DNA from: Candidatus Arthromitus sp. SFB-rat-Yit
GTDB taxonomy: Bacteria > Bacillota > Clostridia > Clostridiales > Clostridiaceae
Assembly (NCBI RefSeq): GCF_000283555.1
Contig: NC_016012.1
Span: forward strand, 420,001 to 452,000
Reading direction: 5' to 3'
Length of the DNA stretch: 32,000 nucleotides
This document shows, piece by piece, positions 28,195 through 32,000 of this stretch (position 1 is its first letter; every line of letters begins with the position of its first letter). The notes beneath the pieces were generated by a model. That model was not told the origin of the DNA. It was given only the letters and a program-made list of their open reading frames with translations, and ran no database searches. A program made the position numbers and the translations under genes.

Positions 28195-29145
28195 GATTAA
28201 GAATAGAGTTTTTATAGGCAATTTATTTTTTATGGACAAGTTTTATATATTGGAAAAAAGAAAATTATTAGATGAGGTTTATAAGATTATATCTTCAAAA
28301 GATATAAATACCGTTTTAGGTACAATTAGTGATATAGAGAAAGAAACATCTACAGTTATTGTTTATACGGAGAATATAGAGGATATTGATATTTTAAATG
28401 AGTATATTTTTACATCATTTTTTAAAAAAGATATAAAACTAAATAAATTTTGGATTACAGAGGATGCAATAAATAAATTAAATATAACGAGTGTAAATAA
28501 TATATACAATCAAGAAATTGTTAAGTATAAATTTTATACTAAAATGTTTAAAAAAGATGATTACATATTTGTTGTTGGAACAACTTTATCAGATGTAAAT
28601 GAAATAATTGAGATAATAAATAAATTTATAGTATTAATAAGTTTATTTTCTATCTTTATTAATTGGATACTTGTGAATGTAAATATAGGTATAATTACAA
28701 AACATATTAAAAATATAAAATATCTGTTAAGGGATATTGAGTCCTTAAATTTTAGGACGGAAGGTATAAAAATGTGTGACGAGATGGGGGATTTATCTAG
28801 AAGTATAAATCAAATGAGTGATAGTTTAAGGAAAGCTCATGGGGAAATAAATTCTCAAAATCTTAAATTAAAGGAATTGCTGTGTAATGTTGCTCATGAG
28901 ATAAAGACCCCCTTGTCTATTATAAAAGTATATGCCCAAGGAATATGGATTTGATGATGGAACTTATTCAGATATTATACACGGTGAAATTGATAAAGTT
29001 GATGGATTGATTGAGAATTTAATATTTTGATTAATACGGATCACTTAAATATTGTTTTAGAGAATTTATTAACTAATGCTATAAAGTATACCGCTAATAA
29101 AAAAATAAGTATTGATTTATTAATATTAGATAGATATGTAATTTA
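28190..29145 (+). pseudogene. Sensor histidine kinase remnant
   Basis: HAMP and DHp (VAHEIKTPLSIIKVYAQG), then frameshift to DDGTYSDIIHGEIDKVDGLIENL, then a fragment of the N box (HLNIVLENLLTNAIKYT); no G boxes. Confidence 0.88.
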
Positions 29146-29194
29146 ACATTCGCGTAACATTACCTCGATATTATTATTTTTGAGGTGAAGTTAA

Positions 29195-30697
29195 TTGAAA
29201 AGATTATGTTTAATATTAATTATTATTTTTGGTATGATGTCATGTAATAATCTAAATATAAATAAGGAGATTTCTGGTAATGAAGAAATTTTAAGCATGC
29301 AGAAAGATCATTTTAAATCGGATTTTGATATTGAAGTAAATCCAGAAACTTTTGCTTTAATGGTTAATGTAAACGGGGTTAGTGAGTATGTATCAAATCA
29401 ACTAACTTCAAGAAAAGTTTCAAACTTTAAGGAAGAAAATGGTAAGATATTATGGAGTTATGAAGAAGAAGGAATTAATATTTTAGTTGAAAATAAGGAA
29501 GAGTATATAAATGTATCAATTGAAGGTTAAGACAATAATTTTATTTGGCCAAGTATTTCGGGTGATGAGTATATTTTGACTATTGGACAAGGTAAAAAGA
29601 TACCGTCAGATGATGAAACATGGAAGAAATATTTTAATCAAATTGAATCTATAAATATACTTAGTAATGTTTTATTATTAAAAAACTTTTATAATCCTGA
29701 TATATTTACAGATAAAATTAGTTTTTAAAGTGATTTAGAAAAAGGAATAGAAAATCTTAATGGAATCGAACTTGTAGAGTTTAATAAAAAAGTTTTAAAG
29801 TCAAAACTTAAAGATATGGTTGATCCTGTAGAAGATTGGGCAGATTCGGTTACAGTAGATATTATAGAGGATATGAAAAATTCAGGAATATCAAATCTTT
29901 TAATAAATTTTGATGACTGGAGAACCGGTTTTGCTAAATCAGAATTTGTAGAAAATGCTAATGAATATGGATACTTAATTGGAACATATGATTCATATCA
30001 CTCAATACATAAAAGCGGTGAAGAGCAATGGTTAACTGCTACATTTGAAGATACAACATTATTTGATGAAGCAACTGTTACAAACAAAAAAGGCGAGAAA
30101 ATAGAAGGGTTTAATGGAGTAGGCAGAAAATTAAATCCAAAACTTGCAATGCCTAGTGTGAGAAGTAGAGTTGAGGAAATTTTGGATACAGGTATAGAAT
30201 TTAATACGTGGTTCTTAGATACAGATGGCACTGGAGAAGTGTTTGATGATTACTCTGAAAATCATATAACGACTGAGGAAGAAGATATAAATGCAAGAAT
30301 TGAGAGAGTTAAGTATTTGAATAATGAAAAGGATATGATTGTTGGAACTGAGGGTGGAAATGATTTTATAAATAAATATGTTGCATATGCTCATGGGATA
30401 GATATGGGTCCTTTTAAATGGATGGATAAAGATTTAAAAGATAAAAATAGTGAATATTATCTTGGTTAATACTATTCACTAACAGGTGGAGTTGATAACC
30501 TTATGTCATATAGATGAAGGAGAATGGGAAAAAATAGAAATTTAATTATAAATCATTATAATGTGTGGGGTGATTTTTCTAAGAAAGTTATAAATAAAGG
30601 GATGATATATTTTGAGAATTTAGTAACTGATGGTTCTGTTAAGATGACTTAATATGGTGATGATGGAGAATTGATACATTATACACCTCGAAGATAA
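29195..30697 (+). pseudogene. Glycosidase-like (possibly GH101-related) lipoprotein, five internal in-frame stops
   Basis: Lipobox FGMMSCNN; continuous frame with stops at 29528, 29726, 30467, 30515 and 30650; core GIEFNTWFLDTDGTGEVFDDYSENHITTEEED. Confidence 0.7.
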
Positions 30698-30783
30698 GTT
30701 TTTAGGTTGTAATTTAATTTGGTTTTTATTACAATGAAACTATTAAAAATTATTCTAAAAATGTATTTTAGAAGGAGAAATGT

Positions 30784-31467
30784 ATGAGTAATCAAGCCGT
30801 TATAAGAATAAAGAATTTTCAAGCTGATTATGATTTTAGAATTTGTAATTTGAGTGTGAGTATTTATTGTATTGGTAAGGGAAATTTAGTTTTGGATGTG
30901 ACAAATAAACAAACTAAGGAATTAGTCCTTGAAAATGTAGAAGTTAGTGATGGTACTCAGTCAATTCAATGTGATTTGGATAATGGAATATATAATTTTA
31001 AGATATATGAAGTTTTTAATAAAAAAGATAGTTCTAGCAGATACTTGTTATATGAAGCAAATTTTACATACAGTAATCCGTATGATGCTAAAGATGGAGA
31101 AATAATTATTAAAAATATTAAATATAAGGGTGATGAATACGCACTTAGATATTATTACAAAATTACAGATATAATTCCTAGTGAAGAAAATGAGAATGTA
31201 TTTTATGCTAAGATGGTTGGGTATGATAAGTTTGATATATTAAAAAGTATAAATGATCCATATGAAATTAAGATTACTTATTTAGATGAAAAGCAAAAGG
31301 AAATTTTTATAGAGTTTGAAGAAGATGGGGAGTATATGTACTTTTTATTTCACAGAGATAAGAGAATGCTTATTAAAGAAGAGGATAAAAATGACCAAAT
31401 AAATTATGACAGATATTTTGAGTTAACGGACGATGAAAGTAGTTATTTAACTACAAATTATAGATAG
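30784..31467 (+). CDS. Hypothetical protein, 227 aa, beta-rich
   Basis: Intact ORF with AGAAGGAGAAATGTATG RBS/start and a downstream terminator; no family recognised. Confidence 0.75.
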   Translation: MSNQAVIRIKNFQADYDFRICNLSVSIYCIGKGNLVLDVTNKQTKELVLENVEVSDGTQSIQCDLDNGIYNFKIYEVFNKKDSSSRYLLYEANFTYSNPYDAKDGEIIIKNIKYKGDEYALRYYYKITDIIPSEENENVFYAKMVGYDKFDILKSINDPYEIKITYLDEKQKEIFIEFEEDGEYMYFLFHRDKRMLIKEEDKNDQINYDRYFELTDDESSYLTTNYR

Positions 31468-31500
31468 AGGTATCACTTTTGGGTGATACCTCTTTTATTT
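31467..31500 (+). terminator. Strong intrinsic terminator
   Basis: GAGGTATCAC-TTTTGG-GTGATACCTC-TTTTATTT. Confidence 0.92.
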
Positions 31501-31522
31501 TTAATATTTTTTGTATGTGTTT

Positions 31523-32000
31523 TTACAAATTAATGAATCTTGGGAATAATATTACATTTTCGATTTGTGAATGAGTTATAACATCATTTTTAAATTCACT
31601 TAATTCTAAGTAAAATTTAGTTATGCTACCACAAGCGTTTTTTGGAGCTACAAAGTTATTTGTTATATCAGATATTTTTTTAAGAGATGGACCTATTACA
31701 TAATGTTCATCAACAGCTTCTCTTATAAATTTTTCCATTGATTTGTATTCTGGGCTATCTTTTGTAAACTTTCCTTCTTGAAATTCTTTTATAGGATCAA
31801 AAATTAATCTTTCTTCTAATATCAAATGACCTTCAAATACTTCTCTTATTTTTGAAAAAATTGAGTGTATTTCCCAAAATAAATCTTTATATTCATGGAT
31901 GTGATGATCCATAATTTTTAACAGACTTTTATTTAAATTTGGAATTGTCTGTCTAATATTTGAATGATAGTTATTTATTATAAAAGATATAATATCTTCT
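31523..32000 (-). CDS. Iron-sulfur cluster repair di-iron protein (RIC/ScdA/YtfE-like), 5' end beyond window
   Basis: Frame remains open past Met 31912 to the edge: EDIISFIINNYHSNIRQTIPNLNKSLLKIMDHHIHEY...FEGHLILEERLIF...HSQIENVILFPRF. Confidence 0.82.
   Translation of the reverse strand, partial: EDIISFIINNYHSNIRQTIPNLNKSLLKIMDHHIHEYKDLFWEIHSIFSKIREVFEGHLILEERLIFDPIKEFQEGKFTKDSPEYKSMEKFIREAVDEHYVIGPSLKKISDITNNFVAPKNACGSITKFYLELSEFKNDVITHSQIENVILFPRFINL

Noticed and set aside
28057-30652. Reassignment of TAA as a sense codon
   Set aside because: Many intact genes in the window terminate at TAA at the expected C-terminus. The interrupted genes also carry a TGA, a frameshift and deletions, which fits ordinary pseudogenes.
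1-32000. CRISPR array, tRNA, rRNA, transposase or integrase
   Set aside because: No regularly spaced repeat array, tRNA-like cloverleaf, rRNA segment or recombinase motif was recognised while reading the window; a tRNAscan, Rfam and CRISPR scan would be needed to confirm absence.

Overview
AT-rich window from a probable spore-forming Firmicute (Clostridia-like). Left to right: the 3' part of a type IV pilin-like gene and an A24 prepilin peptidase; an oppBCDF oligopeptide ABC operon followed by two tandem OppA-type binding proteins; dipicolinate synthase subunit B, folA and thyA on the minus strand. Next comes an unusual stretch at 11.2-25.3 kb. It holds an FGGY kinase-like protein and an aldo/keto reductase-like protein, both with altered catalytic motifs; an AI-2E family permease; a 1306-aa DUF4011/SF1-helicase-like protein with eroded Walker motifs and a Vsr-like C-terminus; an EssC/YukB-like FHA-FtsK ATPase; a YukD/EsaB-like ubiquitin-fold protein; and a secreted propeller-like protein with a possible DUF4214 C-terminus. 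The right side has a cytidylate kinase-like protein, a phosphodiester glycosidase (NAGPA-like) that appears to lack a canonical start codon, and a decaying response regulator / histidine kinase / glycosidase-like lipoprotein cluster. It ends with an unknown ORF and a RIC/ScdA-like di-iron protein cut by the window edge. The best candidate for something undescribed is the 15.1-23.7 kb helicase-like + EssC + EsaB block, which has no visible EsxA, EsaA, EssA or EssB. All family calls come from reading motifs; no database search was run.
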